Positions 19,606 to 29,438 of a stretch of DNA of 64,000 nucleotides are shown here, one piece after another. The position numbers and the translations under genes are program-made. How positions within the stretch are numbered: position 1 is the first letter of the stretch; the number at the start of each line of letters is the position of its first letter. The notes beneath the pieces were generated by a model. That model saw only the letters and a list, made by a program, of their open reading frames with translations, was not told the DNA's origin and did no database searches. Origin of the DNA: Candidatus Aenigmarchaeota archaeon LH_S7 (lineage in GTDB: Archaea; Aenigmatarchaeota; Aenigmatarchaeia; QMZS01); the NCBI GenBank assembly GCA_023659895.1, contig JAGXOL010000003.1, positions 1,549 to 65,548 on the forward strand, read 5' to 3'.

Positions 19606-21273
19606 TTATTTCACCTCTTTTTTCAGCTGGGAATTTAACTCAGAAGGCTCAAATTCCCTACCATCATATCTTAATATTTTTTTATCTACTTTAATTCCAG
19701 TCTTTCCTGCAATTAGTTCACATAACTGACCAGTAACATTTCCCTCAACTCCAATAATCTTTTTCGCTTTTTTTAGTTGAGCCATAACTTTCTTTTTTGG
19801 AAAAGGTTCTAGGTAAATAATTTGAACAACCTTCACATTATTTAGACCTTTCACAGCTTCTAAAACACTACCTATTGAAGAACCCCAAGTAACAATCACA
19901 TTTTCTCCCTTACCATAAACCTTAATTGTTTCTAATCCATCAACCTCTTTTTCAATATGTTTCACTTTGGAGAATCTTTTATCCTGCATCTTTTTTATAT
20001 TTTCCGCATCCTCTATAGCAATTCCAAATTCATCATGCTCATAGCTTATACTTTTCACTACAACATTTTTTGTTCCAGGGAAAGCCAAAGGTGAAATCCC
20101 ATCCTTACTAATTTTATACCTTTTGTAATCCTTTCCTTTAAACATCTTTTCCTTTCCCTTTTTGACTTTTTTGTAATCAACAACAACATTCATCCAATTC
20201 TCACTCAAATTCTTATCAGCCATTAAGATTGCAGGGACTTGATATTTCCAAACCAAATTCAATAGTTCACCTGACTTGTAAAAAGCTTGGTCTGGAGTAC
20301 CTGGAGCAACCACTATTCTTGGGAATTCTCCATGACCTGCATTCAACAAAAAGTTCATGTCTGCCTGACACGTATAAGTTGGAACACCTGAACTAGGTCC
20401 TGCTCTCTGGCTTTCCACCACAACAATTGGATTTTCACTCATCCCAGCAAGACTAAAACCTTCTTGCATCAAAGCGAATCCACCACCAGAAGTTCCCACC
20501 ATTGTTCTTTTCCCTGCATATGCACTACCAAGTCCCATGTTAATCACGGAAATTTCATTTTCTGGTTGAACAACTTTTAGTCCATAGTCAGGAGCTTTCT
20601 TAGCTAAATAATGTAATATTGAAGAAGAAGGAGTCATAGGATAAGCAATATAAACTTCCATACCTACCTTAACTGCGCCTTCAGCAATTTCTTCATTACC
20701 TGTGGTTAGCTTTTTTGCTTTCCCTTTCTTTTTCAACTTTAAGAGTGGTTTGTAATTTTCTTTCGTATAATTATAAGCTAGTTTAGCAATCTTAACATTT
20801 GGCTCAGCTTTGTTCTTAAAAATAAGTTTGAAAACATGAGATAACTTATCAAAATCCAAGCCTAGCAAGTAACATAAAGCTCCAGCAAAAGAAGAATTTC
20901 TCATCCTTTTAGGAACATCAGCTTTTTTCATGAATTCTTCTGCAGGAATTCCAATTGAATTCTTATCCTCTATTTGAAAGACAGAGGAATCAAAAATTAT
21001 GTAATGCTCTTTCTTCAAGTCTTTTTTGTGTTTTTCCACAGTGTTTTTGTCCAGAGCAATTAAGATATCTGTTTCCTTGTAAGCTGCGTAAACTTTTTCT
21101 TCTGAAAAAGTAACCCTGTTAAAATTGTGTCCCCCACTTATTAGTGAGGGATAATCATCAAGAATAACAACATTATAACCAAGTTCATTAAGAAGCTCAC
21201 CTACAACCTTTCCAGAAGCTTTCACACCTTGGCCAGCTTTACCACCTAAAGTAATCGTATGAATCGAAGCCAT
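19606..21273 (-). CDS. 2-oxoacid:ferredoxin oxidoreductase, fused gamma-alpha subunit
   Basis: 555 aa. The N-terminal GGKAGQGVKASGKVVGELL is gamma-domain-like, followed by the alpha domain (YPMTPSSSILHYLA, GTSGGGFALMQEG). Confidence 0.85.
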   Translation of the reverse strand: MASIHTITLGGKAGQGVKASGKVVGELLNELGYNVVILDDYPSLISGGHNFNRVTFSEEKVYAAYKETDILIALDKNTVEKHKKDLKKEHYIIFDSSVFQIEDKNSIGIPAEEFMKKADVPKRMRNSSFAGALCYLLGLDFDKLSHVFKLIFKNKAEPNVKIAKLAYNYTKENYKPLLKLKKKGKAKKLTTGNEEIAEGAVKVGMEVYIAYPMTPSSSILHYLAKKAPDYGLKVVQPENEISVINMGLGSAYAGKRTMVGTSGGGFALMQEGFSLAGMSENPIVVVESQRAGPSSGVPTYTCQADMNFLLNAGHGEFPRIVVAPGTPDQAFYKSGELLNLVWKYQVPAILMADKNLSENWMNVVVDYKKVKKGKEKMFKGKDYKRYKISKDGISPLAFPGTKNVVVKSISYEHDEFGIAIEDAENIKKMQDKRFSKVKHIEKEVDGLETIKVYGKGENVIVTWGSSIGSVLEAVKGLNNVKVVQIIYLEPFPKKKVMAQLKKAKKIIGVEGNVTGQLCELIAGKTGIKVDKKILRYDGREFEPSELNSQLKKEVK

Positions 21274-21369
21274 AAACTATTATAACAGAAATATAAATAA
21301 TTTTTAGATTTATTCCACAATTGTATAAGGTTCTTACTATTATATTTATATTTTAAGGCAAATCTAATT

Positions 21370-21732
21370 ATGATTGATGATTCCATAACTAATCCTAAAT
21401 CTTACTCGGAGAATATGAATCTCCGAAATATACTTGTTGAAGGTCCAGAAGAAGTTGATCTTGATGAGGAAGAAAGAGAGGAGAGAGAAGGATGGACTTG
21501 CTTTAAGGAATATCAATATAAAGTAATAAAAGAAGATTTCCATCCATATCTTTTAAAGATTTTGTGCAACTATGGACCTCTTGGTGGTTCGGCTGTGAAT
21601 GATCCTTCAAATGGAGATATGTGGATTAAAGAAGGGAGCAATTATCCTGTTGGAAAGAACATGGAAGAATTAAAAATAGAAGACTTGTTCCGCCTCAGAA
21701 ATGTAGGGGATACAGAAATGTACCAAAAGTAA
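21370..21732 (+). CDS. Hypothetical acidic protein
   Basis: 120 aa ORF. No family recognised. Confidence 0.4.
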   Translation: MIDDSITNPKSYSENMNLRNILVEGPEEVDLDEEEREEREGWTCFKEYQYKVIKEDFHPYLLKILCNYGPLGGSAVNDPSNGDMWIKEGSNYPVGKNMEELKIEDLFRLRNVGDTEMYQK

Positions 21733-21894
21733 GGACCCTGATATATCAGGTACTCAAAGGATTTAATAATCTCAGCTAATCAAACATCTGAAAGCAAATT
21801 CAAAAGTTAGAAGAAATCTCGGTCTAAAAGGAGTTCCAGACAGATCAAGTATTAGTAGGTGGAAAGAAAGATACTCATATCTGCTGACTTTTTA
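21732..21894 (+). pseudogene. Possible remnant of a transposase N-terminus (DUF772/IS5-like HTH), frameshifted and truncated
   Basis: Two adjacent frames read RTLIYQVLKGFNNLS* and QLIKHLKANSKVRRNLGLKGVPDRSSISRWKERYSYLLTF*. The GL.GVPD.S.ISRW segment resembles InsH-type N-termini. This is a weak call from memory. Confidence 0.3.
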
Positions 21895-21977
21895 GTGGAG
21901 CAAGAGAGAAAATCTCATATATTTGAATACCTAAGAAATTATAGACTTATAAACTATAAATATATTTAAAGATAATT

Positions 21978-23639
21978 ATGACAGAAAACAAAAGACTAAT
22001 TTATAGGATTATAAAACCTTTATACACTTTAAAAACATTAACTATTATGTTATCTAAATCAAACAAAAGATTAATTTTTGGAATTTTATTTACTATAACA
22101 CTCTGTTTAGGTTACTTAACTGTTGCAAGTTATATGACAAGTCCAGAAGGATTAAATTATCCAAATCCAGGGCACTACCCTGGGCAAATAGGTCCAGGGA
22201 CTTTTAATGCTTCTGGTTACTCAAATCCAAACTGGACTTTCCCAGGGGATTTGAATGTCACAGGAAGTTGTGTTGGTTGTGGTGGAGATGGTGGCAGAGT
22301 GGCTTTATTTAAAGATAATGATGGAGATGGAGTTATTGGTTTTAAATTAACTCAAACTACTGGAGGAGTAGAAGTAGTTTCAATAGAGGATTGTAATGAT
22401 GGTAACAGCAATATTGTTGCTGCTCCTGATGGTACTTGTGATGGAGATGAAGATACTTTTGTAGATTTAGATGCGGGAGGAAATGATTGTGATGACAACG
22501 ATACTACAGTAGGAGCAGCTCTTACTTGCTACTGTGATTTAGATACAGATGGATATTTTTCCTTAGTTTCTACTTCAGTTTGTCAATCTTCTTGTTCTGC
22601 TGCTGGTTGTTCAGTGTCTTCAGGGAATGATTGCAATGATACTGATTCAAATATTATTTCTGCTACTGATGGCACATGCGACGGTGACGGAGATAATTTT
22701 ATAGATGTTACTGCGGGTGGTGCCGATTGCGATGACGAAGATAGCAGTGTTGGGCCTACCCTCACTTGTTATTGTGATTCAGATTCCGATACTTATTATT
22801 CTATAGAAGCTAGCTCTACATGTGCTACCAGTTGTGCTGCCTCTGACTGTCAAACTTCTTCCGGAAACGATTGTGATGACACTACCTCCAATATTACTTT
22901 AGCTTCCGATGGCACCTGTGATGGAGATGATGACGGATTTATAGATTACACTGCTTATGTTGAGCCTTCTGGAGATTGGACAGGATGGGATTTAGATGAT
23001 AATAACTCTGACTCTTCGGCAGGAGATTCTGGAACTATATTATATGTAACCTTAGAGAGGCATCGAGGGTGTTTCTGTCCTCATAATTGTCTTGTGAGTT
23101 GTAATACTAGAGGAGCAATGAATTCTTTTTGTGAAAATTCTAAACCCTCCAAACTTCAATGTAATAATATTCATGCCTTTATTAATCATCATGATTCTGA
23201 CATTATTGATATGCCCACTAATTTTGGATATGTTGATACTCGGCCTATATATTGGTACTATGGTACAGATCTGAAAAAAATGGCTAATGATTGGAGCGAT
23301 ATGTGTAATGGAAGTATTGAAGAATCTGCCCCAAGTAAAATAGAAGGTGAGTATCTTCCCCATCATGTTTGGACAGGTGATACCGGATATTGCGAAGCTG
23401 CTGGTACTGGGTATGAGCAAATTGCTCACAATGTTTGCTATTGGTGGGATGCTGGTACTCCTGAAAAAGAGGGAATAACAGGGTGGACTAGAGGAGGAAC
23501 TTTAGGAAGATATTGGTTACACACACCAGCATCAACAAATAAGGAACACCTATCCTGTTATCGCGATCTTGAGGAATGTCCTCCTGGTAGTGGGGAACCT
23601 TGTCCTTTACCTGGTCTATATTGTGCTTGTAATCCATAA
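21978..23639 (+). CDS. Secreted Asp/Cys-rich repeat protein (about 2.5 copies of an ~88-aa unit, MopE-like 'DCDD' metal-binding motif) with a Cys-rich C-terminal domain
   Basis: A TM/signal helix (LIFGILFTITLCLGYLTVASY) is present. The repeated unit is GNDC.D..SNI...DGTCDGD.D.F.D..AGG.DCDD.D..VG..LTCYCD.D.D.Y.S......C..SC.A..C..SS. The likely start is the internal Met at about 22047. Confidence 0.6.
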   Translation: MTENKRLIYRIIKPLYTLKTLTIMLSKSNKRLIFGILFTITLCLGYLTVASYMTSPEGLNYPNPGHYPGQIGPGTFNASGYSNPNWTFPGDLNVTGSCVGCGGDGGRVALFKDNDGDGVIGFKLTQTTGGVEVVSIEDCNDGNSNIVAAPDGTCDGDEDTFVDLDAGGNDCDDNDTTVGAALTCYCDLDTDGYFSLVSTSVCQSSCSAAGCSVSSGNDCNDTDSNIISATDGTCDGDGDNFIDVTAGGADCDDEDSSVGPTLTCYCDSDSDTYYSIEASSTCATSCAASDCQTSSGNDCDDTTSNITLASDGTCDGDDDGFIDYTAYVEPSGDWTGWDLDDNNSDSSAGDSGTILYVTLERHRGCFCPHNCLVSCNTRGAMNSFCENSKPSKLQCNNIHAFINHHDSDIIDMPTNFGYVDTRPIYWYYGTDLKKMANDWSDMCNGSIEESAPSKIEGEYLPHHVWTGDTGYCEAAGTGYEQIAHNVCYWWDAGTPEKEGITGWTRGGTLGRYWLHTPASTNKEHLSCYRDLEECPPGSGEPCPLPGLYCACNP

Positions 23640-24073
23640 TAGTAGAGATTATTTATCTTAATGACATTGGAAAACAAAAAGCTGATATCCTTAAATTTAA
23701 TGTGTTGAAATTTGTCCTTGAATTTCTAACGAAGTAAAATAATAATCAGTATGAATAAAAAAATTTAAACCTAATTTTAACAGCAGTAATTTTGATTTTG
23801 GGAGTAATATTAATTCTAAGTGGAGTCTATTTTTATTATTAGACTGAAGTAGGATCTTCAGAAGAATCTGCTGGAGGAAGATAAGCTTGTATTTACAGCA
23901 ATTGTTCATAGAAAAGAAGATATGTATGTTGCTGAATGTCTAGAAGGGGATTGTTAGTCGGTATAGAATCTAAAATAATAAGGTGGAAAGGTCTTTTTAG
24001 TGAAGTAATGAAAGAAAATTAAAGGATTTCCGAGAGCTAAATCCCTCATTATTTAATTTCGCACATATTTATT

Positions 24074-24335
24074 ATGGAAGTTGTGAAGGAAGCTGAAAAT
24101 AAATTCCTAAACAGGAAGGAGCTGGTTTTGAAGTTCCCTCACAAAGATGCTCCAACTCCCTCAAAAGAAGAAAGTGATTGAGAAGTATAAGGTAGAGGAA
24201 GGTAATGTGGATATAAGATATATTGCTTCACAAAAGAATATGAATCACTCTTTAGCTAAAGTATTTCTAAAGGAAATAAAAAAGGAAAAAAAGCAATCCG
24301 GAAAGAAGCAGTCTAAAAACGTTAAAAAATCTTAG
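24074..24335 (+). CDS. rps24e: Ribosomal protein eS24 interrupted by a +1 frameshift at about 24173
   Basis: The frame from the ATG at 24074 reads MEVVKEAENKFLNRKELVLKFPHKDAPTPSKEE, then SD*. Skipping A24173 continues as VIEKYKVEEGNVDIRYIASQKNMNHSLAKVFL.. (the track ORF 24147-24335). The joined sequence fits the eS24 pattern (EN.LL.RKE...H...TPS..EV). Confidence 0.6.
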
Positions 24336-25715
24336 TTTTTCTTTGTGGAGATCAACTTCAAGATTGTGAGTGAATAAAGGAGTCCAAATAAATGCTATTA
24401 CAAAGAAAATCACTGCAAGCCTTAACTCAAAGTACAAGCTCCAGAAACCTGTTAATAATAGAAGAGAAATAAGAATTGTTCTTAGTATTGGTACAACTGA
24501 AAATTTTTCATTATCATAGAAAAATATTCTTCTAAGGTTTTGAAGTTTTTCTCCACTTTCTTCATCTGTTTCTTCCTCTTTAGGTTCTTCTTCAAAATCT
24601 TCCTCAGGCTCCTCATCCACCACTTCCATTTCTTCCTCCACTTTTTTTCCAGATTTCTTTTTACTTCCTTCCCCTTTTTTCTTACCTGTTTCTTCTAGTT
24701 CCCTTTCATCAATTGGAATAATCTTTATCCTATCTGCTCTTTCAGTTCTGGAGAACTTGATATAACCTAGTCCTGGCTCAGTTAGGTTCTTAATTTTTCT
24801 AGGCTCTAGATTAAACTGTTTTGAGACGAACTTTGCATCCTTGTCAAGATTACACTGAAAACTTAATAAAACACCTGTGTTCGCGAGAACAGTTTCATTA
24901 AAATCACTTGGACGCTGGGAAGCAAGAATAACACCAATGCCATATTTCCTTGATTCCCGTAATAACTTGTCTAAAGGGGAATTCTCATACATCAATCTAT
25001 GAGCCTCGTCAATTATTGTGTACATTCTTATTTTCTTATTTCTTTCCAAAGAATAAATGTAATAGGATAATTTCTTTAGGAAAAATTCCGCGATAGTAGA
25101 TTTTACTTTTTCTGTGGGAAAGTCTTTCAACTCAACCACTGTAGTATCTTTAAACATATCTTTGTATTCAATGTTAGTTCCACCTGAGAATATATCAATG
25201 TCAAACAAGGCTTCTATCCTGCTTGTAAGGGAATTGATAACTGATTTATTTGAGGAATCTTCTTGCCTGTAAATGTTTTTCTCAACATCTTGGAAGGTAG
25301 GGAATTCCTTGTACCTTGCTTTCTTTTTCAAATCAATTCCATATTCCTGATAGCTTTGCCTGATTGCCTGCCTCAAAATTGATTCCTGTATTTCCCCAAG
25401 CTTAAAAATTTTCTTTATGATATCAGCAACTTCATAAATAATGTTTTCTGGCTTTTGATTCTCGTTGAATTCTAGAGGATTAATTGTTTTTTTCCTCAAG
25501 TCAAGAACATTTGTTGCAATATCAGAATATTCATTGTGGAAATCTATAATGAGGGAAGGAACCTTTTTTTGATTAAATTCACCTACAACAGATTTCAAAG
25601 TTTCAGTTTTTCCACTACCAGAAGTTCCCAATACAATCAAATGAGGATTTTTCTCAGCTTCTATGTCCCAATGAATGGGCTTGTCAATAACATTTTTTCC
25701 TAATAAAACTTTCAT
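24267..25715 (-). CDS. HerA/FtsK-superfamily (DUF87-like) ATPase with an acidic linker and a C-terminal three-helix membrane anchor
   Basis: Walker A is VLGTSGSGKTETL, Walker B is RMYTIIDEAHRL and the arginine-finger region is ILASQRPSDF. This is followed by the EEEMEVVDEEPEEDFEEEPKEEETDEESGE linker and hydrophobic helices (ILISLLLLTGFWSLYF, AVIFFVIAFIWTPLF, LLLSGLLFFLFYFL). Confidence 0.7.
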   Translation of the reverse strand: MKVLLGKNVIDKPIHWDIEAEKNPHLIVLGTSGSGKTETLKSVVGEFNQKKVPSLIIDFHNEYSDIATNVLDLRKKTINPLEFNENQKPENIIYEVADIIKKIFKLGEIQESILRQAIRQSYQEYGIDLKKKARYKEFPTFQDVEKNIYRQEDSSNKSVINSLTSRIEALFDIDIFSGGTNIEYKDMFKDTTVVELKDFPTEKVKSTIAEFFLKKLSYYIYSLERNKKIRMYTIIDEAHRLMYENSPLDKLLRESRKYGIGVILASQRPSDFNETVLANTGVLLSFQCNLDKDAKFVSKQFNLEPRKIKNLTEPGLGYIKFSRTERADRIKIIPIDERELEETGKKKGEGSKKKSGKKVEEEMEVVDEEPEEDFEEEPKEEETDEESGEKLQNLRRIFFYDNEKFSVVPILRTILISLLLLTGFWSLYFELRLAVIFFVIAFIWTPLFTHNLEVDLHKEKLRFFNVFRLLLSGLLFFLFYFL

Positions 25716-25738
25716 AATGTTTATTATAATAAAGAATT

Positions 25739-26290
25739 ATGAATAAGGAAGAAGCTCTTGAACTTGTCAGGGAAAAAATAAGTGATGAGAAAATACAGAA
25801 CCATTGTTTAGCAGTTGGTGCAATAATGAAGAAATTAGCTGAGAAGTTAGGAGAGGACAAGGAAAAATGGAAAATTATTGGATTGCTTCATGATTTGGAT
25901 TATGACCAAACCGCAGAAACCCCAGAAAAACACACTTTAGTTACGGAGGAAATTTTGAAAGGGAAGGTTGATTCTGATATCATAAGAATTATAAAGTCCC
26001 ATAACTATCAAAACCTAGGACTAACTCCGGAAAAGAAGGAGGAATATGCAGTAATCGCTTCTGATGCTTTGTCAGGATTAATTGTGACTACAACTCTTGT
26101 AATTCCATCAAAGAAACTGGAAGATTTGAAAGTTAAAAGCGTTAAGAAGAAATTCAAGCAAAATGATTTTGCAAAGAATGTAAGCCGCGAAGATATCATG
26201 TTCTGCGAGAAACTTGGACTAGATTTGAGCGATTTTATAGAGATTGGAATTGAAGGAATGAAAGAAATTTCTGATGAATTGGGTCTTTAA
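25739..26290 (+). CDS. HD-domain phosphohydrolase
   Basis: 183 aa with NHCLAVGAIM..IIGLLHDLDY (H..HD metal site). It is divergently transcribed from the HerA-like gene. Confidence 0.7.
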   Translation: MNKEEALELVREKISDEKIQNHCLAVGAIMKKLAEKLGEDKEKWKIIGLLHDLDYDQTAETPEKHTLVTEEILKGKVDSDIIRIIKSHNYQNLGLTPEKKEEYAVIASDALSGLIVTTTLVIPSKKLEDLKVKSVKKKFKQNDFAKNVSREDIMFCEKLGLDLSDFIEIGIEGMKEISDELGL

Positions 26291-26307
26291 AAAAATATAA
26301 AAATAAA

Positions 26308-27615
26308 TTATTTCACACTCAAAGAATTGGAAAAAACAAGCTTTGATATACTCTCTCTTTTATACTTAATCCTTGCAAGTGGGAATGAATATTTTCCACT
26401 CACACCAATTCTTGGAGTAACTTTGTAAGTGAACACACGAGTTTCCTTTGGTTCAATTCTTGAGATTTCCCAAACCAATTTTCTATCCTGTTTGTCTTTA
26501 ACAATTTTCTTTGGTTTGATTACTGAGAATTCCTTTTTCAAGTCAAAGATTGGTGGAACAAACTCCTCTAAGGTAATATCTGTTATCTCATGATTGGTTT
26601 TGTTTAAAACTTCCAAACAGATTTTTATCTCATGCCTTTCTTTAATTTCTTTAACCTTTGTTATAGCAGTTTTATTCAATTTCAAATCTTTTTTTGTCAC
26701 CCAATACAACATGAAACCAAGGAAACCTATTGCTATCAGAAGAACTGCTATGATTGAATAATTGTGGGAGTAAGTAATTGTATATGTTTGTTTAGGTCCT
26801 ATCTCAAATTCCCAAACATATTTATACCTTTCTCCCATATCAATCTTCTTGTCATAACCTGAAGCAGAGAAGAAAGGATCTTGTGATTTATCTACATAAA
26901 GAGTATATTGTTTTTCCTCAGAGATATCCCCTTCATTGTAATAATTTATCCTTTTTCCATAAGTTATAAAATAATCCCATTTCTTTTCCTCCTTAATTAT
27001 TTTTGAAGTTTTTTGATAGCTCTTTTCCTCACTAAATACAACTTCATGATCCTTAAACAATTTAAGTTCCATTTTGTAATTTCCAAGTCCTAAATCCAAA
27101 GTTTCTTCAAGCTTATTATCTGAAGGAGAAATTCTTTTATTGAATTTTTGAACCATTTTACCATCTTTGTAAATTTCCAATACCATGTCATAATAATTCC
27201 ATACCTCAAAATTCACTTTCAAGTCCCTCTCATTAAATGAGAACTCTTGTAGTTCAACCTCCTTTTGTTTTTCCAAAACCCTCACATCTAAATTTTTTGT
27301 GATTCTGTCTTTATTGGATTCCGCAACTAAAGTAACATCATAGGTTTTTGCTTCCACTTGTTTACCAGGGAAAATTATAACTTTAATGTATTTTTGTTCA
27401 TAAGGTTGCAAGAGAATTTGAGAGTAATAGAAAATTATGGAGTGGAGACCATCTGTTGAATAAATAGTGTAGTACAGACTTTGATTGTTGTTGTTTTCTA
27501 TTTGGAAATAGACTTCCTTTGAAGAACCCTTTTCAATCTCTATAGGATCCGCGAGAGAAATAGAAGAGATTAAGCAAAATGTGAGGAGAAAAACTATAAT
27601 AATCTCTTTTCCCAT
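26308..27615 (-). CDS. Secreted, membrane-anchored protein of unknown function
   Basis: The start was moved to the internal ATG at 27615 (MGKEIIIVFLLTFCLISSISLADP, signal-peptide-like). A TM helix IIAVLLIAIGFLGFMLYWV is followed by a beta-rich C-terminal domain. Confidence 0.5.
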   Translation of the reverse strand: MGKEIIIVFLLTFCLISSISLADPIEIEKGSSKEVYFQIENNNNQSLYYTIYSTDGLHSIIFYYSQILLQPYEQKYIKVIIFPGKQVEAKTYDVTLVAESNKDRITKNLDVRVLEKQKEVELQEFSFNERDLKVNFEVWNYYDMVLEIYKDGKMVQKFNKRISPSDNKLEETLDLGLGNYKMELKLFKDHEVVFSEEKSYQKTSKIIKEEKKWDYFITYGKRINYYNEGDISEEKQYTLYVDKSQDPFFSASGYDKKIDMGERYKYVWEFEIGPKQTYTITYSHNYSIIAVLLIAIGFLGFMLYWVTKKDLKLNKTAITKVKEIKERHEIKICLEVLNKTNHEITDITLEEFVPPIFDLKKEFSVIKPKKIVKDKQDRKLVWEISRIEPKETRVFTYKVTPRIGVSGKYSFPLARIKYKRESISKLVFSNSLSVK

Positions 27616-27663
27616 AAATAATGTAGATATTATATATATTATTTTAATACTTAAATAAATTTT

Positions 27664-27671
27664 TTTAAATA
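27664..27671 (+). promoter_or_regulatory. Candidate TATA box for the 16S transcript
   Basis: TTTAAATA lies about 65 nt upstream of the 16S processing stem. Many similar AT-rich words occur nearby, so support is weak. Confidence 0.25.
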
Positions 27672-27735
27672 TGATTATATTATAATCTAGGATTTTCGAG
27701 CCTTTTGGCAATGAAGTAGTCTAATGAAATAGGCT

Positions 27736-27747
27736 ACAGGATAGGAG
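27736..27747 (+). promoter_or_regulatory. 5' half of the 16S processing stem
   Basis: ACAGGATAGGAG is the exact reverse complement of CTCCTATCCTGT at 29274-29285, and the pair brackets the 16S gene. Confidence 0.6.
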
Positions 27748-27775
27748 GAGCATAACAAGGAGCATACCCCGCAAA

Positions 27776-29233
<1,458 letters not shown>

Positions 29234-29273
29234 AAAAAATTAAAAAGAGGTTTTATCCAAAAAATTGCTTAAG

Positions 29274-29285
29274 CTCCTATCCTGT
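29274..29285 (+). promoter_or_regulatory. 3' half of the 16S processing stem
   Basis: Reverse complement of 27736-27747. Confidence 0.6.
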
Positions 29286-29426
29286 GCGCCAAAATAATTT
29301 AGAAAATTGCTATAAAATACCTTTATAAAAGTTTTACACTTTTAGTATAAACCTTCCATAGCGGTTTTAACCACTTTTCTAGTACTCCCAATCTTTTCAT
29401 ACAATTCAATACTCCACTCAACAAAC

Positions 29427-29438
29427 TTTCCAACAATT
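29427..29438. repeat. Left copy of the 12 bp direct duplication TTTCCAACAATT flanking the nested insertion
   Basis: This 12-mer is present once in the intact element (16399-16410) and twice here (29427-29438 and 30634-30645), at the exact homology breakpoints. Confidence 0.75.
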
